The notes: generated by a model not told the origin, from the letters alone. A stretch of 64,000 bases of DNA from Candidatus Kapaibacterium sp. (GCA_025059875.1 JANXCT010000002.1:87910-151909), one strand, 5' to 3'. Positions 40,227 through 51,163 are shown, numbered from the stretch's first letter. Program-made: numbers and translations.

Positions 40227-41935
40227 CAGTACCCTACAACGATTACAGCCTTGGCCTCGTAGCGACCGACCCCACCAGCCTCCTGTGCCTCCACTAGAGC
40301 AACGTAAGGTCCTGGTGGCACCAGCTCCCCTCGGTCACTCCTCCCGTCCCACGCTACATGGCCGTGGGCTGCAGAGTATGCAGCCAATAGCAATGTCCGT
40401 AGGCAAGCCCCTTCGTCAGAGAAGATCCGAACTGTTACCAGCGCCTTCTGGAACGGTAAGCGATACGAGATGACGCAGTACTGGCGTTCCGCAGCAGAGA
40501 GTCGGAAGGGATTTGGAGAAGCCGTTAGCTCGCCGTCGGGCAAGGATGGCACGGCGATGCTGTTTGGAGCTCCAGGGGTTGCTCCTGCGGGAGCCGCACA
40601 AGTGCTCCATGAGCTCCGCTCAGATGAAGGCAGGAGGGGATGGAGCTTCTCCAGGCTTCTACCACGCCGTGCGCTCCCTACAGCAGGGTCATGCCACGTG
40701 GGGTCGTAAGAGACTGAATCCACCACAATTCCATTCGGATCGCGAAGCACGATCCCGTCGCCCGCATTGTTCAGCGTGAGAGCCGGAGTCCCGATATACA
40801 TGCTCGAGCTCCCTTGCAGCTCTGCATAGGCCACCAGAAGGGAGCTATCCCACCCCAGTACACCAAACTGATTCGGGGCTAAGCGCAATGCGGTACCAAT
40901 CCGCAGCGTATCGGAACTGCTGCCTAGGTCGTGAAGCAACCACCCCTCCAATGTGACTGTGTCCTCCCCAACGTTGACGAGCTCAACGAACTCTGCTCCA
41001 TTCGGCAGAGGGTCGTAGAGGATCTCATTGATCCGGACCACCGAGGACCCCACCGAACGATAGTAGCGCCGCCGAAGGGTATCATTCCATCGGCGGACAT
41101 CCTCAGCCAGCTCCACTACGAGCTGCAGCATGTACCATCCTCTGGGAAGCTCCCCCCAGAGAGCCTCCGCAGGAATTCGCTCCTCCCATCTCTGCCCCGG
41201 CTGTAGTGGCGGAAGAGACCTCCGCAAGCGTAGCTCCGCAGGAGAAAAGCTAGAATCACCGTCACGATCCAGCCACACAGTATACGACACCCTGCTTTGG
41301 GCAGTTGTCCCAGTGTTGATGACTGCTACGAGGAGCGTATCGCTTGACAGCAGCCGGAAATCAGCGCAGGCATAGTCCACGGGGACGGGGGTGACGCTAT
41401 TCACATCGCCAGCTGTTGCCCCTGTCGGAGACTGGGACGGGAGGAGGTTTTCCGGAGACCACGCCGGTAGCTCTGCCCGAGCCCGCTCTAACGACACCCC
41501 CGCCCTGCCCCACCTCACGGAGTAGTACACCGAGTCCACCAAAGATGAGTCGGAAGCCCGTAGGGTGATGACATCGCTTGTGTTGTTGAGGGTGGGGAGT
41601 CGGAGTTCGATCAGTACAGCCATGGCTGGTAGGCTTCGGACCTCGCGGAGAGCCACGGTGTCACGGCATAGGACAGCATAGCCTCGGGGAGGGAGCACGA
41701 AAGCCGGCAGACGGACAGCCATTCGTGAATCGGTCAGCCACCAATTGGAGAACGCTACCGGTGTGTCTGCAGCGTTGAAGAGCTCCAGCCACTCTGGCTC
41801 CCCTTTCGGTGGAACAGGCATGAGCTCATTGATGACTGGCTGAGCTGCGGTTGCTGTCCCCCAGAACACAGCAAGACCAACTAGGAGCCTCCTCGCGGCA
41901 CGATACCAATCGTAGAGCAGAGCTCGGCTCACCAT
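40226..41935 (-). CDS. Secreted protein with two lamin-tail domains and an FlgD/T9SS-type CTD
   Basis: VINELMP...EWLELFN, RINEILYDP...EFVELVN, SLE...ATPG, SPNPF...WDGRSDRG..VPPGPYV. Confidence 0.72.
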   Translation of the reverse strand: MVSRALLYDWYRAARRLLVGLAVFWGTATAAQPVINELMPVPPKGEPEWLELFNAADTPVAFSNWWLTDSRMAVRLPAFVLPPRGYAVLCRDTVALREVRSLPAMAVLIELRLPTLNNTSDVITLRASDSSLVDSVYYSVRWGRAGVSLERARAELPAWSPENLLPSQSPTGATAGDVNSVTPVPVDYACADFRLLSSDTLLVAVINTGTTAQSRVSYTVWLDRDGDSSFSPAELRLRRSLPPLQPGQRWEERIPAEALWGELPRGWYMLQLVVELAEDVRRWNDTLRRRYYRSVGSSVVRINEILYDPLPNGAEFVELVNVGEDTVTLEGWLLHDLGSSSDTLRIGTALRLAPNQFGVLGWDSSLLVAYAELQGSSSMYIGTPALTLNNAGDGIVLRDPNGIVVDSVSYDPTWHDPAVGSARRGRSLEKLHPLLPSSERSSWSTCAAPAGATPGAPNSIAVPSLPDGELTASPNPFRLSAAERQYCVISYRLPFQKALVTVRIFSDEGACLRTLLLAAYSAAHGHVAWDGRSDRGELVPPGPYVALVEAQEAGGVGRYEAKAVIVVGY

Positions 41936-42432
41936 CGGTAATAGCGCCGGAGTCGCTTCAGGTCTGAGCCTGCAATGAGCTGATCGACAAGCTGCTGGAT
42001 ACCCTGTGCATCTTCTTGCGTGAAGCGATCAAGTTGAGAACTATCGAGGTCGACAACACCACAGAGTACGTCTCCTGCTACCATCGGGACAACGAGTTCT
42101 GCTCTAGTCTCTGGACTGCAGGCAATGTAGTCCGGAAAGGCGGAAACGTCCGGAACAATGATTGGCTGACGTCGCAATGCAGCTTGACCGCAGACACCCC
42201 GGCCAATGGGGATCCGCTGACATGCTGGTCTCCCTTGAAAGGGCCCTAGGAGCAAGTCGTCGCCGTCACGCAGATAGAACCCCACCCAATTTACCTCTGG
42301 CAATCGCCAGAAGAGGAGGGCAGCCATATTAGCAGCACGGACGAAGAAGTCTATCTCATCCGACCAGAGCGCCGCTAACTCTTCGCCGAGTTGCTCGTAA
42401 GTCCCAGCCGCTAAGGGTACCTCCTGTCTCAT
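41929..42432 (-). CDS. msrC: GAF-domain free methionine-R-sulfoxide reductase
   Basis: NWVGFY, LGPFQGRPAC, GRGVCG, YIAC, DLDS. Confidence 0.8.
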   Translation of the reverse strand: MRQEVPLAAGTYEQLGEELAALWSDEIDFFVRAANMAALLFWRLPEVNWVGFYLRDGDDLLLGPFQGRPACQRIPIGRGVCGQAALRRQPIIVPDVSAFPDYIACSPETRAELVVPMVAGDVLCGVVDLDSSQLDRFTQEDAQGIQQLVDQLIAGSDLKRLRRYYRW

Positions 42433-43913
42433 CCTCTCTCAACGTCAATCTGCGCACGCTGCAGCTTGCCAGAGTAGTCGATGTAGACGGTCTTCCACTC
42501 TGTGAAGATGTCAAAGACGGTCCAGCCACCCTCACGGTGTCCATTCCCCGTTGCTTTGATGCCACCAAAGGGCATGTGGGCTTCTGCCCCAATCGTCGGT
42601 GCATTGACGTACGTGATTCCAGCCTCTAAGTCACGGATTGCGCGCAGGGCTGCTGCAATGTCCCGTGTGTAGATGGAGGACGAAAGGCCATACTCGCTGT
42701 CGTTGGCTACAGCAATCGCCTCCTCTAACGAATCCACTGCCGTGACGCAGAGTACTGGCCCGAAGATCTCCTCCCGGAAGATGCGCATCTGCGGTTTCAC
42801 ATCAGTGAAGATTGTCGGTGCGAAGAAAAAGCCATAGGCATACTCCCCATCGGTAAGGCGCTGCCCCCCAACTAGAAGCCTCGCCCCCTCCTGGAGTCCG
42901 ATCTGGACATATTGCTCTATACGCTGGAGCTGCCGGGCATTGATGATTGGCCCAAGATTGACATCTTCACGCAAGCCATTGCCGATCCGTAGGGCCTGAG
43001 TGCGCTCGCAGAGCTGCCCCAGGAACGTCTCGGCAATCTGGCGATGGAGGATCAAGCGGGAGGTCGCTGTACAGCGTTGTCCTGAGGTGCCAAAAGCTCC
43101 CCAGAGGACCCCTTCCAGAGCAAGCTCAAGTGGAGCGTCCGGCAGGATGATCAGCGGATTCTTCCCACCCATCTCCAGAGAGCACTTCTTGTTCAGCGCC
43201 CCACAGAGGCTAGCAATCTGGCGTCCAACTGCTGTAGAGCCAGTAAAAGCAATGAGACGCACATCAGGATGGCGCACAAGTGCTTCCCCAGCTTCGGCGT
43301 CCCCGTGGACAACGTTGAAGACCCCTTCGGGAATGCCAGCCTCTATGAGCACTTCCGCCAGCAGGTTCGCACACCATGGAGAGTCCTCTGAGGGCTTCCA
43401 AACAATCGTGTTTCCAGCTACGAGGGCTGGAAAGATCTTCCATGAAGGCACGGCAATTGGGAAGTTCCAAGCCGTAATAAGCCCACAGACACCAACGGGC
43501 ATGCGGAAGGAGAGATTCACCTTGTTGGGAAGCTCACTGGGAGTAGTGTAGCCGAAGAGTCGTCGCCCTTCGGAAGCAGCGTAGTAGGCCGTATCTATGG
43601 CCTCCTGGACGTCTCCGCGAGCCTCCACAAGGGGCTTGCCCATCTCACGGGTCATTGCACGAGCAAGCTCCTCCTTGCGCCGGCTTAAGATATCCCCTGC
43701 TCGCCGGACGAGCTCTCCACGGTAGGGTGCAGGAGTCAAGCGCCACCGCTCATAAGCTGCCTTCGCTGCTGCAACAGCTTCCGCTACATCGGCAGCTGAA
43801 GAGAGCGGAAAGAGACCAATGCAATCGCGCGTATCCGCAGGATTACGCTTTTCAAACCGACGTCCGCTTCGGCTCGGGAGCCATCGCCCGTTGACAAAGT
43901 TGTTGTACTCCAT
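42429..43913 (-). CDS. NAD(P)-dependent aldehyde dehydrogenase
   Basis: ITAWNFP, FTGST, LEMGGKN, GQRCTA, EEIFGP, PFGG. Confidence 0.92.
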   Translation of the reverse strand: MEYNNFVNGRWLPSRSGRRFEKRNPADTRDCIGLFPLSSAADVAEAVAAAKAAYERWRLTPAPYRGELVRRAGDILSRRKEELARAMTREMGKPLVEARGDVQEAIDTAYYAASEGRRLFGYTTPSELPNKVNLSFRMPVGVCGLITAWNFPIAVPSWKIFPALVAGNTIVWKPSEDSPWCANLLAEVLIEAGIPEGVFNVVHGDAEAGEALVRHPDVRLIAFTGSTAVGRQIASLCGALNKKCSLEMGGKNPLIILPDAPLELALEGVLWGAFGTSGQRCTATSRLILHRQIAETFLGQLCERTQALRIGNGLREDVNLGPIINARQLQRIEQYVQIGLQEGARLLVGGQRLTDGEYAYGFFFAPTIFTDVKPQMRIFREEIFGPVLCVTAVDSLEEAIAVANDSEYGLSSSIYTRDIAAALRAIRDLEAGITYVNAPTIGAEAHMPFGGIKATGNGHREGGWTVFDIFTEWKTVYIDYSGKLQRAQIDVERG

Positions 43914-44135
43914 GAGCACAGGCCCCAGAAAGATGACCTTGCCCTACTTCACAAACTTAGTTGAAGCTGCCGAATGCACTCTCTGCCTGAGGATGAAAGA
44001 ACTATCAGCAACGTTTTAGCTTCCTTTGCCCTCTTTTTGGGACCTCTTTCACAGGAGGTTCATGCACCTCTCAGAGGCTTGACGGTAGTTTTGCCACTGC
44101 GGTTGAGGTTATGTTCAACAACCTTAGGTTGTCCC

Positions 44136-44444
44136 ATGAAGCGCCTCCTGGTAGTGGCGCTGGCTCTGGTCACGAGCGGCGCTATGGCTGCTGCAGCACA
44201 GCAGACAGCTGCTCCTACGTGGCAGATGACGAAGCCACAGACATCGACACAGCACACCCCCGCGCCTGCGAAGCCCACGGAAACGAAACACGAGGGAGTA
44301 GGAAAGCACGAGCAGAAGCGCGAAGAGGCAAAGCACGAACAGAAGCATAAAGAGGCAAAGAAGCACGAGCGTGCAAAGAAGCGGGCACAGGCTAAGAAAC
44401 ACGAAGCGAAAGGGTCAGCACAAACGGAGCAGCAGCCTCGCTGA
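44136..44444 (+). CDS. Small secreted Lys/His/Glu-rich low-complexity protein
   Basis: Signal peptide MKRLLVVALALV...AAA|Q, repeated KHE units. Upstream TAGTTTTG (44086-44093) and a downstream terminator. Confidence 0.7.
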   Translation: MKRLLVVALALVTSGAMAAAAQQTAAPTWQMTKPQTSTQHTPAPAKPTETKHEGVGKHEQKREEAKHEQKHKEAKKHERAKKRAQAKKHEAKGSAQTEQQPR

Positions 44445-44467
44445 TAAGCGCACGGGAGTAGCGTACG

Positions 44468-44500
44468 GGAGCGCCGAGGTCGACCTCGGCGCTCCTTTTT
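44468..44500 (+). terminator. Intrinsic terminator
   Basis: Perfect inverted repeat GGAGCGCCGAGGTCGACCTCGGCGCTCC followed by TTTTT. Confidence 0.85.
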
Positions 44501-44565
44501 ATGTTGCCGAAGTCAATCGCAGCGTGCTATATTGTGGCCGGTGTCCCTTTGAGTCCAGCTTAGCG

Positions 44566-45927
44566 ATGCGGTTCTACGAGAACGTTTTGCAGCTCATCGG
44601 GAAAACGCCCCTGGTCAAGCTACAGCGCGTAACGGCCGGTATCGCTGCTACGGTCTTGGTTAAGCTAGAGAATCGGAATCCTGGAGGTTCGGTGAAGGAC
44701 CGGATTGGGATCGCGATGATTGAAGCTGCGGAACGTGAAGGCCGTTTGCGACCGGGACTGCTGATCGTAGAGCCTACAAGCGGCAATACCGGCATTGGTC
44801 TGGCTTTAGCGGCCCGACTGAAGGGCTACCAATGCCTCTTCGTGATGACTGATAAGGCCTCGCAGGAACGTATCCGGTATCTGCAGGCACTGGGCGCCGA
44901 TGTTCTCATTGTCCCTTCAGCCGTCGGTCCCAGCTCACCGGATTACTACTTCAATGTCGCCCAGCGCTTAGCTCGGGAGTTGCCAAACGCTATTATGCTG
45001 AACCAGTACGACAACCCGGCCAATCCCGCCATCCATGAGCAGACCACAGGACCAGAAATTTGGGAAGATACCGAAGGGCGCGTTACCCACTTCGTTGCTG
45101 GGATTGGAACCGGCGGTACTATCACCGGCGTGGCCCGCTTTCTCAAGCGTATGAATCCCGCCATCCGCATCATTGCTGCTGACCCCGTAGGTTCGGTGAT
45201 CAAGGGGTACAAGGAGACGGGCCGTGTCGGCGAAGCCATCCCCTACTTAGTGGAGGGCATCGGACAGGAGCGGATTCCAGCCAACTTGGACATCAACCTC
45301 ATTGATGAGGTCATCGCCATCAGCGACCGAGAATCCTTCCTTACGGCGCGCCGTCTCGCACGAGAGGAAGGCATCTTCTGCGGTGGCTCTTCGGGAACGA
45401 ATGTGGCAGCAGCCCTCCATGTAGCTCGCCTATTACCGGCCGACGCGGTTGTCGTAACAATCATCTGCGATACGGGCGAACGCTACTTGACCAAGCATCA
45501 CTCTGAAGAATGGCTGCGTCAGCACCGGCTACTGGATATTGGTGACTTCTCGCTGAAGAGCGTGCTTCAGACGAAGCTATCCCGTGGACGGGTTCCTGCT
45601 CTCGTAGCACTGCCTCCATCGGCCTCTGTTCAGGAGGCACTGCAACAGATGAGCGCTTATGAGATCTCCCAGCTCCCTGTCATTGAACAGCGTCAGCTCC
45701 TCGGTACAGTCCGAGAGAGTCGCCTCTTGAAGGCATTGCTGGACAATCCCTCCTCCCTCTCTGAGCCGCTCCAACAGTTCATGGAAGACCCCCTCCCCGT
45801 GGTTGACGCCCATGCCTCTATCCAAGAGGGAATCCAGGTTCTGCGTGAATACCCAGCAATTGTGCTCTCTGAGTTTGGCCACCCAACTGCTGTCATCACA
45901 CGGCATGACGTGCTGGACTACCTCTAA
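44566..45927 (+). CDS. cbs: Cystathionine beta-synthase (PLP domain + CBS pair)
   Basis: NPGGSVKDRIG, EPTSGNTG, GIGTGGT, EGIG, C-terminal CBS domains. Start placed at ATG 44566. Confidence 0.88.
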   Translation: MRFYENVLQLIGKTPLVKLQRVTAGIAATVLVKLENRNPGGSVKDRIGIAMIEAAEREGRLRPGLLIVEPTSGNTGIGLALAARLKGYQCLFVMTDKASQERIRYLQALGADVLIVPSAVGPSSPDYYFNVAQRLARELPNAIMLNQYDNPANPAIHEQTTGPEIWEDTEGRVTHFVAGIGTGGTITGVARFLKRMNPAIRIIAADPVGSVIKGYKETGRVGEAIPYLVEGIGQERIPANLDINLIDEVIAISDRESFLTARRLAREEGIFCGGSSGTNVAAALHVARLLPADAVVVTIICDTGERYLTKHHSEEWLRQHRLLDIGDFSLKSVLQTKLSRGRVPALVALPPSASVQEALQQMSAYEISQLPVIEQRQLLGTVRESRLLKALLDNPSSLSEPLQQFMEDPLPVVDAHASIQEGIQVLREYPAIVLSEFGHPTAVITRHDVLDYL

Positions 45928-45990
45928 AAGCGCGCCAGCCCTATAGGGTGCTATTTTTGCGGCTCCGGGTGCTCGCAGCAGGGAGAGCCT

Positions 45991-46977
45991 ATGAAAGCTC
46001 TTGTTACCGGTGCTACAGGGTTCATCGGGAGCCACTTAGTGGAGGCGTTGCTCCGCCAGGGGATCGAAGTACGTTGTATCGTCCGGCGCCAGAGCAATCG
46101 CCGCTGGCTCGTCGGCAAGCCCGTAGAGATTGTAGAGGCGAGCTTAACTGCGCCAGAAACACTCCCGCCAGCCGTCAAGGGCGTGGATATCGTCTGCCAC
46201 GTCGCGGGAGTTATTGCCGCACGGAGTGCCGCGGAGTTCATGAGAGGGAATCGGGATGCCACAGTGAACCTGCTCCAGGCTGTTCTCCGATATGCTCCAA
46301 GCCTCCAGCGGTTCGTTTTCCTCAGCAGCCTGGCAGCTGTTGGGCCTGCCCGCTCGTTAGCGGAGCCAGTGACCGAGACCTCTCCCTGTCAGCCCATAAC
46401 GGCATATGGTAAGAGCAAGAAGGCTGCAGAGGAAGCTGTACTAGCGGCAGCGGACCGTCTACCGGTGACAGTCATTCGGCCACCAGCCGTCTATGGTCCG
46501 CGTGATGCTGCCACGCTCCCTTTCTTCCGGGCTGTCCGGCTCGGAATTGCACCTCTGATCGGCTTTCAGGAGAAGTACCTTAGCCTGGTGTATGTCGAAG
46601 ACTTAGTCCGAGGCATCCTACAAGCAGCTGCTTCTGAACGTGCTGTAGGCCAAGTCTACTTCATCAGCTCCGAGGAGTATTACACCTGGGGACAGCTGAC
46701 AGAAGCAGCACGTGTAGCGTTGGGACGGCGTTACGTCTGGCGAATTCGGGTCCCCCATGCCTTCATTTTGGGCGTTGCTAGTATCGCGGAGGTCGCTGGT
46801 TGGATCATGCGCCGTCCGCCAGTATTTGACTTGGAGAAGGGGTGGGACATGATCCAGCCCTACTGGATCTGCCAGCCTACAAAAGCTGCCGTTGAGCTTG
46901 GGTACAGACAGACGGTGGGACTAGTAGAGGGAATGCGGAAGACTGTCGAGTGGTATCGCGAGCATGGCTGGCTTTAA
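45991..46977 (+). CDS. NAD-dependent epimerase/dehydratase (extended SDR)
   Basis: VTGATGFIG, YGKSK, RPPAVYGPRD. Confidence 0.88.
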   Translation: MKALVTGATGFIGSHLVEALLRQGIEVRCIVRRQSNRRWLVGKPVEIVEASLTAPETLPPAVKGVDIVCHVAGVIAARSAAEFMRGNRDATVNLLQAVLRYAPSLQRFVFLSSLAAVGPARSLAEPVTETSPCQPITAYGKSKKAAEEAVLAAADRLPVTVIRPPAVYGPRDAATLPFFRAVRLGIAPLIGFQEKYLSLVYVEDLVRGILQAAASERAVGQVYFISSEEYYTWGQLTEAARVALGRRYVWRIRVPHAFILGVASIAEVAGWIMRRPPVFDLEKGWDMIQPYWICQPTKAAVELGYRQTVGLVEGMRKTVEWYREHGWL

Positions 46978-46980
46978 GGA

Positions 46981-49485
46981 ATGCTGTGGCGCTTCGTACT
47001 CCCACTGCTGGGTGTTGCAATTATTGTGGCACTCTCCCTCGGCATCGGCGGCTGGTTCTTCCTCTCCCGCTCGCTACCGTTAGAGTTCGCTATTGTTCGA
47101 GTGGCCGTTCAGGACAGCGTTGTCGTCTGGCGCGACTCCTTTGCGATCCCGACAATCCGTGCAGCACACACCTCTGACGCCTTCTTTGCACTCGGCTACC
47201 TCCACGCCGAAGATCGCCTCTGGCAGATGGACATTCTGCGCCGAATTGCCCTGGGACGAGTTGCGGAACTCGTCGGCGAAGAAGCGCTGCCCCTGGACTA
47301 CCTCATGCGCACTCTCGGCTTCGGTAGAATGGCTCAGCGGCTGTGGGAGAACCTCCACCCGATATCGCGCTCTATCCTGCGGCGGTATGCCGAGGGAGTC
47401 AATGCCTGGCTACAACAGAATGCCCGCCGACTGCCACCTGAGTTCCTCATCCTTGGCTACCATCCCGAACCCTGGACTCCACAGCACTCATTGGCAATAG
47501 CCCGCCTCATGGCCTTTGACCTGGCATTCTGCTTCTGGAGCGACATCGCCGTCGGAGCTATTGCCGAAGAAATCGGAGTGGAGAAGGCGTGGGACCTCTT
47601 GCCTGGATACCCGAGCAGTGCACCTACAATTGTCGGCAAGGAGCCAGCAAATTTTCCCCCTCCTAATGGCTCCCGGAGTCAGCATCCTACATTGCCGCCG
47701 CCCCCCTATGGTTTCTCAGAGCTAGCGTCGCTCCGCACAGCACTCCTACCATGGCTACGCCCAGCAGCTGGCCAAGGAAGCAATGCATGGGCTGTCCGAA
47801 CTCGCACGGGGGCTGTGCTGGCAAACGATCCGCACTTAGTCCTTGGACTACCAGCACGCTGGTATCCTGTATGCATTCTCTCGCCTGACTACGAAGTCGC
47901 TGGCCTTACTCTGCCCGGGCTCCCATTGGTGATCATTGGCCGCAACCGCTTCATCGCCTGGGGTGTGACGAACCTGATGGCCGACGAATCTGATTTCGTG
48001 TTGGAGCAGATTGACTCAACAGCACCAACCCGCTACTGGGATGGCAAGCAGTGGCGTCGCTTCCAGCGACAGCGTGATACAATCCATGTCCGCGGAAGAC
48101 CACCTATGGTCATCGAGATCCTACGCTCGCATAACGGCCCGATCATCTCTGACGTCCATCTCTTTGCAGCCCCTGCTTTCCTATTCCGCCGACGCTCGGA
48201 CACAAGCACCAATCCCTTGCTCCGGCGTTATCGTCTTAGCTACCGATGGGCTGCTGACACGGTTAGCGATGAGGTCTTGGCTGCTTACCGGATTGGCCGA
48301 GCTCGCTCGCTGAGCCAATTCCGCAGTGCCCTTCGGACATGGGTAGCCCCCGTACTCTGCTTCGTCTACGCCGACCATCGCGGTACCATCGCAGCCCAAG
48401 CGGCTGGGCTAGTCCCCATTAGAGATAGCACGGCGCCAGAGCAAACGTGGGCATTCCCGCTGAAAGGCTGGGAGCCACAATACTGGTGGCGTGGCCTCCT
48501 ACAGGCTCTCGAATTGCCTTCGGTCGCCAACCCCAAACAGGGTTTCGTTGTGAGCGCCAATAACCAACTGGCACCCCAGCTCCCCTTCCCACTGACTTAC
48601 ATCTGGGAGCCCCACTCCCGCGCAGAGCGCCTGACGGAGCTCCTCTCACAGTACGGCGCTGACTACACCCTCAGTGATGCCGAGCGCATGCAGATTGATG
48701 TCGTCTCCCCATATGCCCGGAATGTCCTCAAAGTCGTGCTGCCGTTGCTGGAAGAGCGTCAACCACGATCTCGAGTAGAGCAGCACGTTCTGGATTCACT
48801 CCGGTCCTGGGACTGCCACTTTGGCCGTTCCTCCGTTGGAGCTAGCATCTTCGCTATCCTGCTGCAACGCCTCCTGGTAAATACCTTTGGTCAGCATCTC
48901 TCGCCGCCACGCCTACGAGAGTACCTCTTCCTAAGCAACCTCGCGTTACGACGGCTCTGGGAGCTCCTCCCTGCCCTCTATGCAGCGTTCTTCGACGACC
49001 CACGAACTCAGCGCCGCGAGACACTTCGCGACATACTGCATCGAAGTTTCGTCGAGGCGATTGATACCCTCCGCCACCGATTAGGGAACGACATTAGCTC
49101 GTGGCGCTACGAGCGACTCCATCAGCTTCACTTAGAGCATCCACTAGGGCTCCACCCGTTGCTTCGGCCCCTGTTCTCGCGCGGACCGTACCCGACGCCA
49201 GGAGCCCCAACAACAGTCAATACTGGCGAGTGGCGCCTCTGGGAACCATTCAGACAGATGCTTGGGGCTTCTGCCCGCTTCATAGCAGACCTTGCAGATT
49301 CTACATGGGCTGTTGCACTCCCCGGTGGGGTCTCAGGCCATTTCCTGAGCCACCACTACACCGACCAACTCCCCCTCTGGCTCTACGGTGCCACCGTGCG
49401 CCGTCCCTTGGGGATCTCCAAGACGGACCGACTCAGCCTTGTGTTTGTGCCCTCCCGTTCCGTCCCTCCGCCCGTGAGTCCATAG
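46981..49485 (+). CDS. Penicillin acylase family (peptidase S45) Ntn-hydrolase
   Basis: GYLHAEDRLWQMD, GSNAWAV (catalytic Ser), ANDPHL, SANN. Confidence 0.88.
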   Translation: MLWRFVLPLLGVAIIVALSLGIGGWFFLSRSLPLEFAIVRVAVQDSVVVWRDSFAIPTIRAAHTSDAFFALGYLHAEDRLWQMDILRRIALGRVAELVGEEALPLDYLMRTLGFGRMAQRLWENLHPISRSILRRYAEGVNAWLQQNARRLPPEFLILGYHPEPWTPQHSLAIARLMAFDLAFCFWSDIAVGAIAEEIGVEKAWDLLPGYPSSAPTIVGKEPANFPPPNGSRSQHPTLPPPPYGFSELASLRTALLPWLRPAAGQGSNAWAVRTRTGAVLANDPHLVLGLPARWYPVCILSPDYEVAGLTLPGLPLVIIGRNRFIAWGVTNLMADESDFVLEQIDSTAPTRYWDGKQWRRFQRQRDTIHVRGRPPMVIEILRSHNGPIISDVHLFAAPAFLFRRRSDTSTNPLLRRYRLSYRWAADTVSDEVLAAYRIGRARSLSQFRSALRTWVAPVLCFVYADHRGTIAAQAAGLVPIRDSTAPEQTWAFPLKGWEPQYWWRGLLQALELPSVANPKQGFVVSANNQLAPQLPFPLTYIWEPHSRAERLTELLSQYGADYTLSDAERMQIDVVSPYARNVLKVVLPLLEERQPRSRVEQHVLDSLRSWDCHFGRSSVGASIFAILLQRLLVNTFGQHLSPPRLREYLFLSNLALRRLWELLPALYAAFFDDPRTQRRETLRDILHRSFVEAIDTLRHRLGNDISSWRYERLHQLHLEHPLGLHPLLRPLFSRGPYPTPGAPTTVNTGEWRLWEPFRQMLGASARFIADLADSTWAVALPGGVSGHFLSHHYTDQLPLWLYGATVRRPLGISKTDRLSLVFVPSRSVPPPVSP

Positions 49486-49498
49486 TTTTGCGCCAGCG

Positions 49499-51007
49499 AT
49501 GCATCATGCGCGTACCGACACCAGCCTAAGTACAGAGCTCCGACCCCAGTGTGCGGTCGTTGGAGTCTACAACCATCCCCAAGCAGCCCTAATTGCTTAC
49601 TACTGCCTGCATGCGTTGCAGCACCGAGGGCAGGAGGCTACAGGGATTGTCTCTGCCTACTGGGACCAGAAGCATCGCCGACGTTTCGTCAGCTACAAGG
49701 GTGAAGGACTCGTGCTCGATGTCTTCACGCCAGACGTTCTGCAGAACGTCCTCAAGGGTGACGCAGCGATAGGACACAATCGGTACTCCACAACCGGTAG
49801 CCCTTCGCCAGCCAACATCCAGCCCTTCCACATCACCTACCGGATGGGGAACCTCGCTCTGGCACACAACGGGAACCTGACGAACACTCGATCCTTGCGC
49901 CAACAGCTCCAGGAAGAAGGTGCAATCTTCCAGAGCACCACCGACAGCGAACTCTTCCTCCACCTCATAGCCCGCAGCCGCCAGGTAACACAGCTAGAGC
50001 AGATCCGAGAAGCACTTCGGATCGCGCGTGGCGCATACTCTTTGGTCATCCTTACTGACACCGCCCTCATCGCTGTCCGTGACCCTCATGGTTTTCGCCC
50101 CTTAGCGATTGGGCGTTTACCGGTCCGCGACGGACAACATGCATACGTTGTGGCTTCGGAGACGTGTGCCTTCGACCTCGTAGGGGCTGAGTACGTCCGG
50201 GATGTGCGCCACAACGAGATTGTGGTCATAGACCAAGACACCGTGGTGACCGGGGAGATGAAGAGCTACCCCGTCGCAGAAGTTACCCCCGAGGCTCGAC
50301 ACTGCATCTTTGAGTTCATCTACTTCTCCCGCCCTGACAGCACCATCTTCGGCCATAGCGTAGATGCAGTCCGCCGAAGACTAGGGGAGAGCCTAGCAAA
50401 GGAAAGCCCAGTCCTTACAGACTCCCCTGATGATCCCGTCGTGGTCATCCCAGTCCCTGACAGCGGCAACACTGCTGCCGTTGGGTATGCTCGTGCCAAT
50501 GCTGAACAGGGTATTCCAACGCAGTTCGACGTTGGCCTGATTCGCAGCCACTATGTCGGACGCACCTTCATCGCCCCAGAACAGAACCAACGAGAGCTCA
50601 AGGTACGGACGAAGTTCAACACCGTTCGTAGTGTCCTATCAGGCAGGAAGGTGGTCGTTGTCGACGATTCCATCGTTCGAGGCACAACCTCCAAGGCACT
50701 AATCCAGCTCATCCGCCAAGCTGGTCCCCGCGAAGTCCATTTGCGCGTTACCGCGCCACCGATCCGCTATCCATGCAAGTACGGCATGGACTTCCCCAGC
50801 TACGAGGAGCTGATTGCCAACTACTACGAAACTGAAGAAGAGATTGGCCAAGCCATCGGGGCCGACTCTCTACGCTACCTCTCGCTAGACAGCCTCCTCC
50901 TCTCCGTCCCACATGAGCCGGGGATCGGCTACTGCACCGCTTGCTTTACTGGCGAGTACCCCGTTGCAGTAGAGCCCGAGCTCAACAAGCGTGTCACAGA
51001 AGAGTAA
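49499..51007 (+). CDS. purF: Amidophosphoribosyltransferase (Fe-S type with propeptide)
   Basis: QCAVVG, LQHRGQE, GHNRYST, HNGNL, CIFEFIYF, VVVDDSIVRGTT, YCTACF. Confidence 0.95.
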   Translation: MHHARTDTSLSTELRPQCAVVGVYNHPQAALIAYYCLHALQHRGQEATGIVSAYWDQKHRRRFVSYKGEGLVLDVFTPDVLQNVLKGDAAIGHNRYSTTGSPSPANIQPFHITYRMGNLALAHNGNLTNTRSLRQQLQEEGAIFQSTTDSELFLHLIARSRQVTQLEQIREALRIARGAYSLVILTDTALIAVRDPHGFRPLAIGRLPVRDGQHAYVVASETCAFDLVGAEYVRDVRHNEIVVIDQDTVVTGEMKSYPVAEVTPEARHCIFEFIYFSRPDSTIFGHSVDAVRRRLGESLAKESPVLTDSPDDPVVVIPVPDSGNTAAVGYARANAEQGIPTQFDVGLIRSHYVGRTFIAPEQNQRELKVRTKFNTVRSVLSGRKVVVVDDSIVRGTTSKALIQLIRQAGPREVHLRVTAPPIRYPCKYGMDFPSYEELIANYYETEEEIGQAIGADSLRYLSLDSLLLSVPHEPGIGYCTACFTGEYPVAVEPELNKRVTEE

Positions 51008-51163
51008 CATCTGGTGTGACATCTCTGCGGCTTGGTCTCCCAGTAGGTGCCCTCTTGCCTCTGCTCGCATTTCCTTGACACATCTGCATTTTCTGGATTG
51101 CACTGCGTGGTTGGCACCAGATTTTGCCATGCTTCCGTGAGGAACTGACACGGTAGTCCAGCG

